This document shows, piece by piece, positions 31,435 to 41,282 of a stretch of 64,000 bases of DNA (positions are counted from its first letter, which is position 1; each line of letters starts with the position of its first letter). Source of the stretch: a virus. Both the position numbers and the translations under genes were made by a program. The DNA lies in IMG/VR virus record IMGVR_UViG_3300013126_000012, positions 95,587 to 159,586 of that record, one strand, 5' to 3'. The notes beneath the pieces were generated by a model. The model did no database searches. It was not told the DNA's origin and worked only from the letters and a program-made list of their open reading frames with translations.

Positions 31435-31848
31435 TCAATATGTTTTAATAATATCAAAATCAATCCATTTCTGATATTTCACTAAATCATCAGTAAACCA
31501 ATACCAAGTAACTGATTGATGCCCTGTCATTTCAATCAATAAACCATTATCCCATGCATCTAATATTTTAACCTGGATCGTGTTGTTTATTTTTAATACA
31601 GAAATTGGTGATTCATACGCGAGTTTGTTGTCTTTAAATTTTGTTAAATGATTGTTGTTTAAATCTAAAACATACAAATTATTAACTTTTCTAGGAGATT
31701 CTTCAATCATCCTCGGATTTGCAAAAACTTCAGAAACAGTTTGCGAAGAATCTCCATAAAATGATTGAACTTCATTGACTTGAATTTTTATTATTTGTGA
31801 CTGAATGTTTGTAACAAATAAAATAGCAATACACACTAAACGTTTCAT
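31435..31848 (-). CDS. Signal-peptide protein A
   Basis: MKRLVCIAILFVTNIQS-Q; paralog of 32788-33207. Confidence 0.75.
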   Translation of the reverse strand: MKRLVCIAILFVTNIQSQIIKIQVNEVQSFYGDSSQTVSEVFANPRMIEESPRKVNNLYVLDLNNNHLTKFKDNKLAYESPISVLKINNTIQVKILDAWDNGLLIEMTGHQSVTWYWFTDDLVKYQKWIDFDIIKTY

Positions 31849-31954
31849 AACTGGTTAACTTTTTAATTATATTACAATAATATAAAATAAAAGATTAAAA
31901 TCCAAATTACGTTATTTTTTTTGCATGATATTTATATGTAATAAAAAGGACGTA

Positions 31955-32785
31955 ATGAAAAATATTTTATCAGAAAACATGCTGCGGTTTGGAACCAAAA
32001 ATTTATCTGAAGCAACCATACGAAGATTAACTGAAGCTGAAGACCCAATTGATCCGGCAGCAATTGGCTTTCCGAATTGTCCTGCAAAAACTGTGAAAGA
32101 CTTTGTTGATTGGTATATAAAATATCTTACACCATCAACTGGTTGTGTTGGACAAACATTGCTTATCATGAAACCAGAATTTGGATCGTTCAACCTATAT
32201 GAAAAAAATTTGGTTGCAAGTATTGTTGGAAAAGTAACAGTAGCATCTAGTTTTAATTTTTCATATCGATCAGGGAAAACCGATCCTCAAGGTACGACTA
32301 AGGATTCTTCCGTTTTCATATGGGATACTGCAGCAACTAGAAATTATGATTGGGCTAAACAAACAGTAAAAATTAGCGATACTGAAACATACCTCCCGGG
32401 TTTATACAATGTACATGACATGGTGGATGCTACATTATCTTTAGTACCAAATGGTGGGGTTGCCGTGCAGAGCTATTCAATTCCAGTACTTGTTGGTGGT
32501 ACTGATTCTAGTCAGACTATAGACACAGACCCTATATCAAAAAAGAAAGCCGGTACAATAAAAATCACCCAAAACGGAAATGTATCTGGAGCAATATCTG
32601 GAGCACCCATTACGGGTATTTTTCCATGGGTAGATTTATGGACGTTAATGCCAACCAATTTGGACGGATATGGGTTTACCATGGCTGCTGGCGGCATCGA
32701 AGTTCCGATACAAACCGACGCGTCTATGAAAGATTGGATTGCTAAAAACATGAAAAACGGAAAATACATAGGACCAAAAGAATAG
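31955..32785 (+). CDS. Constant-leader/variable-body late protein 2
   Basis: Same leader; ATATTTAT at 31928. Confidence 0.8.
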   Translation: MKNILSENMLRFGTKNLSEATIRRLTEAEDPIDPAAIGFPNCPAKTVKDFVDWYIKYLTPSTGCVGQTLLIMKPEFGSFNLYEKNLVASIVGKVTVASSFNFSYRSGKTDPQGTTKDSSVFIWDTAATRNYDWAKQTVKISDTETYLPGLYNVHDMVDATLSLVPNGGVAVQSYSIPVLVGGTDSSQTIDTDPISKKKAGTIKITQNGNVSGAISGAPITGIFPWVDLWTLMPTNLDGYGFTMAAGGIEVPIQTDASMKDWIAKNMKNGKYIGPKE

Positions 32786-32787
32786 TA

Positions 32788-33207
32788 TTACTGCGATTTT
32801 GTAATTTTAAACTTAGTGTATACGATGTATCTAGTATTTAAATCTATTTTTTCTTTATACACCAGGCTTTCGTTCATTGGATCTGGGTTCCACATTAATA
32901 GGCCTGGGTAGTAAGGATTTAGTATATAGATATAAACCAATCCATCGGCATTCACTACGTTTACAGGCCAATCAGAAATCAAAACGCCTTTAAAATACCA
33001 ATCATGATGATTGTTTGACACGTCAATAACATATCTTGAATGTTTGGTTAGTTTTGGTGAAGATTGACGATTGATAGGGTCTAAAATTTGAGACATTGTT
33101 AATGCAGAATCTCCAAAAAATGTTTGACCTTCAGTTATTTGAATTTCAAGAATTTGACTGTATGCCGAAATACTACTTAATAAAAACAATAATAATAGCC
33201 GTTTCAT
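32788..33207 (-). CDS. Signal-peptide protein B
   Basis: MKRLLLLFLLSSISAYS-Q; paralog of 31435-31848. Confidence 0.75.
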   Translation of the reverse strand: MKRLLLLFLLSSISAYSQILEIQITEGQTFFGDSALTMSQILDPINRQSSPKLTKHSRYVIDVSNNHHDWYFKGVLISDWPVNVVNADGLVYIYILNPYYPGLLMWNPDPMNESLVYKEKIDLNTRYIVYTKFKITKSQ

Positions 33208-33348
33208 AACTGGTTAACTTTTTAATTATATTACAATAATATGAAAACGTTTCCGTGATTCCAAATTTCATTATTTTTTTTTTTGTATGATATTTATTAT
33301 TGTTAACAAGAACATATTTATTAAAACCCCATAAAGGAATACAAACAA

Positions 33349-34044
33349 ATGAAAAATTTACTTTCAGAAAACATGTTGCGTTTCGGAACCAAAAACTTAT
33401 CCGAAGCTGCACAACGGCAACTAGTTGTCAAATCAATCATGGAAACCATTGATGAACATGGTTTGCATGGTGCTATTCGTCGACGTTTAATGGAACAACA
33501 GGTACCTGCTGATCCAGCATGGATGACTAAAGCTAAAGACGCATTGGCATCTCAAAATATACAAGACGGTAAAGAAATGTTATCAGTAGGGATAATTAAG
33601 AAAGGATCAACATATGTAAATCCAGAAAATATAGTGGCTTCTGGTGGAATGTCGTTTCCAAGTTCAAACGGATTTTCTGTTGCAGCAAAAGGTGCCACGT
33701 GGTATCCGTCACCAACTAACACAGTGGCATTCTGCTCAGCAATGTTTTTTGCTAATGAAGATATAATACAAAGTTTAATTTCAAAAGATGGGGGATACGA
33801 TCAGGCTAAATTACAACAATTACTTGCCGGAACTTATAAACACAACGGTACCGTTGTTACGGGACAAAAATCTAATATTGTTTGGTATCCATCAATTCCA
33901 TCATATGTGGCAACCGGAGGTGGTAGACTGTATGTTTTTACTGGAGACGGTGATGCTATGAGGACCGCAATGTTGGCACCATATGCAACAAGTCCTGGTA
34001 AGAAAGGTGATGTTCCAGCGGTATATACTCCAAGTGGGCAGTAA
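33349..34044 (+). CDS. Constant-leader/variable-body late protein 3
   Basis: MKNLLSENMLRFGTKNLSEAAQRQLVVKSIMETI; ATATTTAT at 33290. Confidence 0.8.
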   Translation: MKNLLSENMLRFGTKNLSEAAQRQLVVKSIMETIDEHGLHGAIRRRLMEQQVPADPAWMTKAKDALASQNIQDGKEMLSVGIIKKGSTYVNPENIVASGGMSFPSSNGFSVAAKGATWYPSPTNTVAFCSAMFFANEDIIQSLISKDGGYDQAKLQQLLAGTYKHNGTVVTGQKSNIVWYPSIPSYVATGGGRLYVFTGDGDAMRTAMLAPYATSPGKKGDVPAVYTPSGQ

Positions 34045-34060
34045 ATAAAAAACAAACACA

Positions 34061-34092
34061 AAAAATAAGGCAGAGCAATCTGCCTTATTTTA
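34061..34092. terminator. Bidirectional intrinsic terminator
   Basis: AAAATAAGGCAGA-gcaa-TCTGCCTTATTTT. Confidence 0.8.
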
Positions 34093-34109
34093 CTATGCGA
34101 GCAATCAAT

Positions 34110-34673
34110 TTATTTTACGACGATAATAACAGCATATGCTCCTTCATATACGCTATCATCAAAATAGAATCCGTATTCCGATGCAGTTGAGTCAGTCATT
34201 TCAAAAAAATCTGTATCGGTAAGGGTAGCTAAGTCAATGACGTAGTCGCAATAGGCTTTTTCTTTATTTTCGAAGTGCATTACGCGATTTTGATATAGTA
34301 CCGGTTCTAAAAGATAATAAGTATCCGGAAATTCAGCTGGCAATTCATTTTCAAACGTATGTTTAATGCTTTGCGATATTGAATCATTATGTTTCAACGG
34401 ATGTCGGTTGTATTGTGCCCGCATTTCATTCAATGCTTTTCCAAAATTCATTCGAACCGAATCCTCATTCAAGAAAACCTTCCTTTCGGTGTAATCCGTT
34501 TCATTGATGGCAACCACTTCTATCAAGGAAGATAAAAAATCTTTAGCATTGGGATCTGGTAACGTATATTTTATAATATTAGAATACCAAGGTATATTTG
34601 TTCCTACAACGGTTTGATGCTGTGCAACAACGATATTAGAAATCAATAGAATTACAAACAATAACTTTTTCAT
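34110..34673 (-). CDS. Signal-peptide protein C, possibly CAP/SCP-like
   Basis: MKKLLFVILLISNIVVA-Q; LNEMRAQYNRHPLKHND...EYGF. Confidence 0.65.
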   Translation of the reverse strand: MKKLLFVILLISNIVVAQHQTVVGTNIPWYSNIIKYTLPDPNAKDFLSSLIEVVAINETDYTERKVFLNEDSVRMNFGKALNEMRAQYNRHPLKHNDSISQSIKHTFENELPAEFPDTYYLLEPVLYQNRVMHFENKEKAYCDYVIDLATLTDTDFFEMTDSTASEYGFYFDDSVYEGAYAVIIVVK

Positions 34674-34744
34674 GGCTTTTAATTATTTAATTGGTTAATT
34701 ATATTACAATAATATGAAATTAAAACATACTATCCAACCAATTA

Positions 34745-35305
34745 TCAATCTTTTTTTATGAAGCCACTCAAGAAATCTCGCTGACGTTGGATTGCGGTAT
34801 CAAGTTCAGAATCTTTTCGTTTTTTTCCAGTTCCCGCAATATTTCCATTAGAGCTAGATTTAACAACATCTTTTCTCTCGTTGTTAGATCGGGGTGGTTT
34901 GATTGCTTTAGAATTTGTTGCAGATACATGTTTGCTACTTGCAGACTTGCTTCCGCTTTCATCTTCTGTCCTTCGGGTGTCTGTAAAAAGCTCTGTATAT
35001 GTGCTTGAATGTCCGGTTTGGATGCGTTTCCTAAGTTCATCTTGTCCAATAGATCTTGTTTCATCGATGTTGATGCATCCTGTTGTATACGCTGTTTTAT
35101 GCCCCTTGATTGAAACGCCGCACGGATAACGTGTATTATGCGATTCAACCATGTACTGAATACCCCAACTACTTGTTTTAAAAGTTTTAACATAACCATA
35201 TTTTTTTGCACCCAACCAAGTAAAGAATACTGCATCATCAATTTTAAATTGCAGTTTTTCAAACTGTTTGATGATAGCATCTGGTGCCTGTTGTTTTTTT
35301 GCCAT
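34745..35305 (-). CDS. Hypothetical protein
   Basis: 186 aa ORF in operon. Confidence 0.65.
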   Translation of the reverse strand: MAKKQQAPDAIIKQFEKLQFKIDDAVFFTWLGAKKYGYVKTFKTSSWGIQYMVESHNTRYPCGVSIKGHKTAYTTGCINIDETRSIGQDELRKRIQTGHSSTYTELFTDTRRTEDESGSKSASSKHVSATNSKAIKPPRSNNERKDVVKSSSNGNIAGTGKKRKDSELDTAIQRQRDFLSGFIKKD

Positions 35306-35311
35306 CGTTAA

Positions 35312-35773
35312 TTAATTAAGACACATTGAATTTACGTAACTAATAATGCGAAAAATGCGAATATAACGTGTTGTTTTATCTTTACGAAACATATTTTCTG
35401 TTGCTAAGTCTCTTCGTAAAATATACCCCGATTCTACAAATTTGTAGGTTACATGCCGTACGGCTCGCAAACTATTAGATTCAATCATGATGTTTCGATC
35501 ATCAATTATTACATCTACAAAATCAGTATTGCTATCATTCGATGTTGGCAATTCATTAATTGTTGATTCCTGCTTTGTAATAGGAGTTGCAGCATATTGA
35601 TCTAAATTATCGCGAACTTCTGCAAAAAATGAAGATAAATCTAATCCATTGATTTGCAGAGTAGTTGCATCAAACGTATCAAATAACCAACGTAGTTGTT
35701 CTAATGAATGTAATGTACGAAATATTGAATATTCAGACTTCGTTACAAATATTTTACTAAAGATTGATTCCAT
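35312..35773 (-). CDS. Hypothetical protein
   Basis: Start moved to MESIFSK to reduce overlap with upstream gene. Confidence 0.6.
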   Translation of the reverse strand: MESIFSKIFVTKSEYSIFRTLHSLEQLRWLFDTFDATTLQINGLDLSSFFAEVRDNLDQYAATPITKQESTINELPTSNDSNTDFVDVIIDDRNIMIESNSLRAVRHVTYKFVESGYILRRDLATENMFRKDKTTRYIRIFRIISYVNSMCLN

Positions 35774-35945
35774 AATTCCTCCGTTTTTGTTTAATAACAA
35801 ATAACCGATCAATTTCATCAACAGGCAACTGCTTTATGATTGCAATTTTTTCTCGAGCATCTTCGAAATCTGTTGCCTTTACACTACCTATGATTTCTTG
35901 ATTTACATCTTGTTTGAAAAAATATACATATACTTGGTTACGCAT
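35757..35945 (-). CDS. Hypothetical protein
   Basis: 62 aa ORF in operon. Confidence 0.6.
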   Translation of the reverse strand: MRNQVYVYFFKQDVNQEIIGSVKATDFEDAREKIAIIKQLPVDEIDRLFVIKQKRRNYGINL

Positions 35946-35957
35946 GATGCAATTTTA

Positions 35958-36350
35958 TTATAAATATAAACCTAGCTCGTAACTTCGCATTGATACTGCT
36001 AATACATCGGATAATGTTTGTGCTAATTTTCCTATTTCGTGTTTACGTAATACTAAAGTACTTCCTTTTATTTCAACAGGAAATGTTGCATCTTTGCCTG
36101 GTTTATTAGCATAAACATTGCTGGCTAATGTACTTACTGATTTTGAGTATGAAATCAAATCTTTATAACGCATTTTGATTTGTTGATTGAATATATTCAA
36201 ATGTCCAATTGTACAATTCATTGGATCTGTTTTAAAATTATCTGCAGAAATTTTTGCTTCTACCACAAAATCTAAATCTGCCCAAATGTTGCCATATCGC
36301 TGTCTAAAATCATCTGAAATGGCCCATGGCTGATTAATACTGTTTGTCAT
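35958..36350 (-). CDS. Hypothetical protein
   Basis: 130 aa ORF in operon. Confidence 0.65.
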   Translation of the reverse strand: MTNSINQPWAISDDFRQRYGNIWADLDFVVEAKISADNFKTDPMNCTIGHLNIFNQQIKMRYKDLISYSKSVSTLASNVYANKPGKDATFPVEIKGSTLVLRKHEIGKLAQTLSDVLAVSMRSYELGLYL

Positions 36351-36354
36351 GTTT

Positions 36355-37020
36355 TTATTGTAATTTATAAATTAATACTGTATATACGTCTTTTGAATAG
36401 TTGCATCGGATATTAACAAATTGATATTTCTCAATTAGCATATCCATAACCAACCCGGGGTGAACATAAAAAAATCCTTCATGATGTTGTGTGTTGATCG
36501 GATTAAGCAAATTGAATGAAACTACATGAGTTGATAGATCATATAATATATCGATGTCTGTAAACAATTTTCGTAAGTCATCATCTTCTGTTTCGCATCT
36601 ACGTTGCGTAAATACGCCAGATGCAACAACCCATTCATGTTTATCTAATTTAGCAGTTTCAAATGCACCAATTGAAACTTTATCTAAGCCCCATTTTTCT
36701 TCGCCTAACTGCGTCATTATAGGATTATGGTCAATGGCATTATACATAACAATATCATTGTTTAACGCAGCCAAATCGCGAGCTACTCCATACAAGTCAC
36801 AACGACCACATCCGATATCTAACAATGATCCACCGCCAAACCCAACTAATAAGTTTTGCATTAAAAATCGTTGTTCTGCAGTTGTATTATATCCAACCGG
36901 TATTGGACTATGCATCATGTATTCAGAATCGGTAGGTTGTAATGAGTCCCAACGCGTTTGTTCGGCATCTGAATTTGTTAAATTATTCATGATGCTCTGT
37001 TTTAATTGTTCTCTATCCAT
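36355..37020 (-). CDS. Class I SAM-dependent methyltransferase
   Basis: SLLDIGCGRCDL, WVVASGVF, VSFNLL. Confidence 0.8.
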   Translation of the reverse strand: MDREQLKQSIMNNLTNSDAEQTRWDSLQPTDSEYMMHSPIPVGYNTTAEQRFLMQNLLVGFGGGSLLDIGCGRCDLYGVARDLAALNNDIVMYNAIDHNPIMTQLGEEKWGLDKVSIGAFETAKLDKHEWVVASGVFTQRRCETEDDDLRKLFTDIDILYDLSTHVVSFNLLNPINTQHHEGFFYVHPGLVMDMLIEKYQFVNIRCNYSKDVYTVLIYKLQ

Positions 37021-37294
37021 GAATTCTATTTGAGATTCGTTCTTTATTCTGCATTTTCTTTTGTTCAGATATCATTGCCTTTAAAGGATGTGTGCGATTA
37101 ATGCTTTGTTCTACTTGAACAAATTGTGATATCATATGCCAGGCTGCAATTTCTGTATCACAGCCTGGCACCATAAATGTTTCATTTAAACTAATATCAT
37201 CATGTACAATGTAGTATTCACCATCATGATCCATCATAGCAACACTACCGGGATATCGTTTTTGAACTCGTTTTTTTAAACTTTCTAAATTCAT
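37013..37294 (-). CDS. Hypothetical protein
   Basis: 93 aa ORF in operon. Confidence 0.6.
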   Translation of the reverse strand: MNLESLKKRVQKRYPGSVAMMDHDGEYYIVHDDISLNETFMVPGCDTEIAAWHMISQFVQVEQSINRTHPLKAMISEQKKMQNKERISNRIHG

Positions 37295-37297
37295 TCA

Positions 37298-37576
37298 TTA
37301 TGATTTAGTGATTGGCAATGCATCATCTGCTAGCAATTGTTTATAAGGAATGGTAGTTGTAATCATTCCAGTATCACAAAGCATTGCAGTTAAATGTTTA
37401 TTGAGATATGTGTCATGTTTTGAATTTGCGGTAATCATACACATTGCCGATCGCGTTTCTAATAACACATCAAATACGACGGCCTTATTAACTACATATC
37501 GATCTAAAACTACTCCTACTCGATTTACTCCATCTTGAGTAACAACTACAGTATCTCCTGCTTTATATGTTGCCAT
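37298..37576 (-). CDS. Hypothetical protein (SH3/KOW-like start)
   Basis: YKAGDTVVV...GVV. Confidence 0.6.
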   Translation of the reverse strand: MATYKAGDTVVVTQDGVNRVGVVLDRYVVNKAVVFDVLLETRSAMCMITANSKHDTYLNKHLTAMLCDTGMITTTIPYKQLLADDALPITKS

Positions 37577-37785
37577 TAGTCAATAATTTTAATGATTTTA
37601 CTTGCTGAAACTGATTTTACTTCAAAGTCAAATGTATAACCTTTGAAATCATCAACAACTTTAGCTTCTGCTTCTGTTACCGAAAGTGCTTCTACTAGAT
37701 ACGTTTCGGTGCTTCGCTTTTCTTTTAGTCCTTTTGGAGTATCGACCGTGTCAATCAATTGAACTTTTGCTGTGTAATAACTCAT
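37576..37785 (-). CDS. DUF4494-like protein
   Basis: YYTAKV...ETYLVEALSVTEAEAKV...FEVKSV..SKI. Confidence 0.7.
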   Translation of the reverse strand: MSYYTAKVQLIDTVDTPKGLKEKRSTETYLVEALSVTEAEAKVVDDFKGYTFDFEVKSVSASKIIKIID

Positions 37786-37912
37786 TTTTTTAATATTTAA
37801 AATTTATATTAATAATATATAGATTTTTTCGTAAGAATCAAAGTTTTAATAAACTATTGTTACTTTTCAACGTCCAACTTCCCGGTACTGGCATTTACGG
37901 TACCGTAAATAA

Positions 37913-39886
37913 TTAAATATTTTCGGTACCGTAAACAATTTCTGTAGGACTATTGAACTTCCAAAAAAGATTTTTTTTACCGTATTTAAACCAACTAGCG
38001 CTCGTCTTTAAATGCATTCTTGCCATTCCGGTAGAACCAGAAACCTTCATCACTCCAGTTGAATACAATCTAAAATCAAAAAAATCAACTTCACCATCTG
38101 CAATTTCACCTGGAAAAGCTTGTTGTCGAAACCATACATATGGAACGTTATTCGAATCTAATCGCTCTCCTTTGTAAATTGATCTTATTGAGCTGCCGTT
38201 TTTTTCTTTCATGGTCTTAATTTTTGATATATCAATTGGAATACTATATTTAGAATCTTTACGGCTCATTTTTATAAATTCTTGACTATATAGATTTTTA
38301 TTATTTGTAAATTTATTTACACCTGGAGGTGCAACCTCTCCGGACTTAGGAGTAACATCCAACTTTTTATCATATGACCATTCAACATATATACCACTAT
38401 TAAACGTCCAATATTTCCCAATTGCAGCAGGAACATCTCGTGTTATAGTACCATCTGCATATAAACGATATATGGTATCTCGAGATGAATCCGCGCGGAA
38501 TGCTGCATAATATTTACCACTCTTATCTTGATATGCCCTTATAAATTTAATTGGAGTTTTAGACATACCAAATTCGAATACGCCAGAGCTTTTTCCAAAA
38601 TGCATGATTGTTTTAATATCATCAAAACTCGTTAAATTATATTTATTCCAACCATACGTTTTACTAATATTCTTTATCCATTCGGCAGTTTTAGAATATA
38701 AACCATTATATGATTTAAATTGCAATTTTTTAGTAGATACAATTTGTTGTTTAATTTGTTGAGATTGCTTAATTATCCAATCATGGCGTTCTTTTTTCCG
38801 TTTGTTTTCAACATCTTTACTACTAAGATATGGTCCTGTTAATTTTCTTACTAGATTATAAACTTCATCAGTCGAATAAGCTGGATAAAAATATTTTCCG
38901 CCTTTACTGGGCATTGCAATATTGTTAGTAAGAATCAATTGACCGATACCACGAGATTGATATAAATTTTTTATTTTTCTATAATCTTCATCATTTGCTA
39001 AATTATCATAAAATACACTTGATAAAAATTCTTTAGAATTTAATAGCCTAGGAATCGTATATGCTGATTGCTCCAATTGTATAGGTAATTTAGTAAAAGT
39101 TAATGCGTCTTTGCCTAAATCTGTAATAAACTTAATATATTCTGGGTGTTTGTTTGATTCATCGTTTGTAAAAATATATCCAATTGCATCTATATAAAGT
39201 GCTGCTTGTCTATTTTTGACATCTAATAATGCTTCGATAATCAATCCTTCATCCCAATTATAACTTTTAGTTCCAGTAGTAAGTTGCATCCACCATACTA
39301 AAGCATCGTCACAACGTTTACGTTCATCATTGGGTAAAATTGCCGGAGATTTCGATTTATCTTCATTTATCATTTCAGTTAACACGTGACCATATTTAAT
39401 TGTTCCGGCGTTTTCCGGTGGAGGTGGCGCTCCGCCGCCTGCAGGTGCTGCGCCACTTGCAGTAGATCCTTTTTCGGCCTTTGCCTGATCCGCTTTGCCT
39501 AATCCTTTAACATCATCTAATGATAATTGCAATTCTATAGTATAATCATCATTACGCCCAAATCCAGTATATGGAACAAACTTAATAATTTTTTTTCTAA
39601 ATAAACTTCGAAGAATACCTGGAGATACGTTTAATTCTTTTCCACTTCTGGCAATAAACTCACGTACTCCAGCATCCGAAGTTGAATATACTATGCCTAA
39701 ATGTTTAGAACCATATGCATCAAATTTTCCCAAGAAACGTTCTTCTGCAGGCGTAAATGGAGAATCTTTTGCATCACTTGGTGCATTATCAGTCTCCAAT
39801 GGTGTTGCTGCTGCAGCATCGCCAGCTGGAGCTTCTTGCTCTGCTAACAATGTTTTTTTGATGATATGTTCTAAATATTTTTTCAT
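37913..39886 (-). CDS. Large late protein with cleavable-type leader
   Basis: MKKYLEHIIKKTLLAE; A/P/G linkers. Confidence 0.7.
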   Translation of the reverse strand: MKKYLEHIIKKTLLAEQEAPAGDAAAATPLETDNAPSDAKDSPFTPAEERFLGKFDAYGSKHLGIVYSTSDAGVREFIARSGKELNVSPGILRSLFRKKIIKFVPYTGFGRNDDYTIELQLSLDDVKGLGKADQAKAEKGSTASGAAPAGGGAPPPPENAGTIKYGHVLTEMINEDKSKSPAILPNDERKRCDDALVWWMQLTTGTKSYNWDEGLIIEALLDVKNRQAALYIDAIGYIFTNDESNKHPEYIKFITDLGKDALTFTKLPIQLEQSAYTIPRLLNSKEFLSSVFYDNLANDEDYRKIKNLYQSRGIGQLILTNNIAMPSKGGKYFYPAYSTDEVYNLVRKLTGPYLSSKDVENKRKKERHDWIIKQSQQIKQQIVSTKKLQFKSYNGLYSKTAEWIKNISKTYGWNKYNLTSFDDIKTIMHFGKSSGVFEFGMSKTPIKFIRAYQDKSGKYYAAFRADSSRDTIYRLYADGTITRDVPAAIGKYWTFNSGIYVEWSYDKKLDVTPKSGEVAPPGVNKFTNNKNLYSQEFIKMSRKDSKYSIPIDISKIKTMKEKNGSSIRSIYKGERLDSNNVPYVWFRQQAFPGEIADGEVDFFDFRLYSTGVMKVSGSTGMARMHLKTSASWFKYGKKNLFWKFNSPTEIVYGTENI

Positions 39887-40074
39887 TGTTCGCTTTTTGA
39901 TTCCGCCAATTGTGTTGAACGATATTTACTTGCTAATTTTTTAATTTCATTGATAGCTTTACGGGCACGCACCCCAGCTGCCTTAACTCCTTTGTCTGCA
40001 AACCGTTCGTGATTTTCTTTGAACACTAACCAATGTTGTTCAATTTGATCAAAAATTTCTTGTGATAAATTCAT
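39883..40074 (-). CDS. Histone H1-like (Hc1-type) small DNA-binding protein
   Basis: KGVKAAGVRARKAINEIKKLASKYR. Confidence 0.75.
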   Translation of the reverse strand: MNLSQEIFDQIEQHWLVFKENHERFADKGVKAAGVRARKAINEIKKLASKYRSTQLAESKSEQ

Positions 40075-40107
40075 GTTAACCTTTTTTTATTTATTATAAA
40101 TATCAAT

Positions 40108-40317
40108 TCAAATAAAACGATCCATAAACGTATGAATGTTTTCATTTTGTATCTTTAATTTTACATAGTCAGATAATTCAATAATAATATCTGAATTTTC
40201 TTGCCAAACTTGCATTATATGATTTCGATTAACGAAACGTAATTCAGGCTCAGTTTTTTCGTTTTTACGGTGTACTTTAACTACCATTAAAGCTATAAAT
40301 TCCGTTCGGTGTTGCAT
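40108..40317 (-). CDS. Hypothetical protein
   Basis: 69 aa ORF. Confidence 0.55.
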   Translation of the reverse strand: MQHRTEFIALMVVKVHRKNEKTEPELRFVNRNHIMQVWQENSDIIIELSDYVKLKIQNENIHTFMDRFI

Positions 40318-40902
40318 CTAGTCACCTGTCCATTCTGCACCACCCATATATCCAGGATTTCTGCTTGGAGTTGTAGCTCCTCCTAAATTTCCCGTACCCA
40401 TTGGCGATGTTGATTGTGCCATTTTTTGAGTTTCAACATTTAGCTTCATCATCTGCGCAGAATTATCTCGTGCATATTGCATTAATGCCATTTTAATCGA
40501 TTCCGGATCCGTCGATGTTGAATTTATTTTAGATTTAATAAAATTTTGAAGTTGTTTAGTATTTTTAAAACGTGCTTCATCAAATATAATATCAAAAATA
40601 CCGCGCGCATACATTAAAGCACTGTTATCAACTGATTTAGCATAATCAGCTGTATATCGACTTATATCAATGCGATTAGTAATGACATCGGGTATTTGCA
40701 TCCAATCGGTTTCCGCATATTCATCCGCAAAATCCGGACCCATATCGTCATCTACTGAAGATAGTAATTCTTCGCGTTGTTGCACAGTTAAACGTTTCCA
40801 AATATCAGCTTCATTATATTCGCGAAGAATACGACGGGCTCTATGTAATTCTTCTTTAAGAATTTGCACGTGGCTAGGATTATTAATGTCAAAAAGTTTC
40901 AT
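40318..40902 (-). CDS. Hypothetical late protein
   Basis: ILKEE...ILRE leader. Confidence 0.65.
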   Translation of the reverse strand: MKLFDINNPSHVQILKEELHRARRILREYNEADIWKRLTVQQREELLSSVDDDMGPDFADEYAETDWMQIPDVITNRIDISRYTADYAKSVDNSALMYARGIFDIIFDEARFKNTKQLQNFIKSKINSTSTDPESIKMALMQYARDNSAQMMKLNVETQKMAQSTSPMGTGNLGGATTPSRNPGYMGGAEWTGD

Positions 40903-41273
40903 GATAAATTTTCCAATTTGTATATTGTTGTATAAATTAAATCTTTAAATGCATCCAATTGATTGATAATGTTTGTATCCTCTTTTGGAAATTTTGTATA
41001 TACTCGTTCTATAAAAGTAGCTAGGGCTTTAAAATATTTAAGTGCACCATCTGGAGTATATTCATCAAATCGTTCCGCAGGTTCATATCCCATAACAATT
41101 CCATGCTTTCCTTGATATGTTTCAACAAGTGTATCAACCATATCAGGTATTGCATCATAATATGCATTTAGTGCCATATGTGCTGCAAATGAGCCCGCAC
41201 CAGTAGTTTGCCAATGAAACACATGAGCTTGGTCTCGTGATGCCATTAGCGTAGAAATTAATTTTTCAAACAT
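40899..41273 (-). CDS. Ferritin/Dps-like protein (DUF5856-like)
   Basis: HVFHWQT..SFAAHMAL..YYD...D.LVETYQG. Confidence 0.75.
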   Translation of the reverse strand: MFEKLISTLMASRDQAHVFHWQTTGAGSFAAHMALNAYYDAIPDMVDTLVETYQGKHGIVMGYEPAERFDEYTPDGALKYFKALATFIERVYTKFPKEDTNIINQLDAFKDLIYTTIYKLENLS

Positions 41274-41282
41274 CGTTTCCCT

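Noticed and set aside
30756-34044. Diversity-generating retroelement or invertible shufflon explanation for the cassettes
   Set aside because: No reverse transcriptase or recombinase in the window; repeats are direct and the variable regions are non-homologous rather than A-mutated
34768-35280. 170-aa same-strand alternative-frame ORF nested in 34745-35305
   Set aside because: Non-ATG start, no own promoter, no recognisable motif; likely a shadow frame, though not formally excluded
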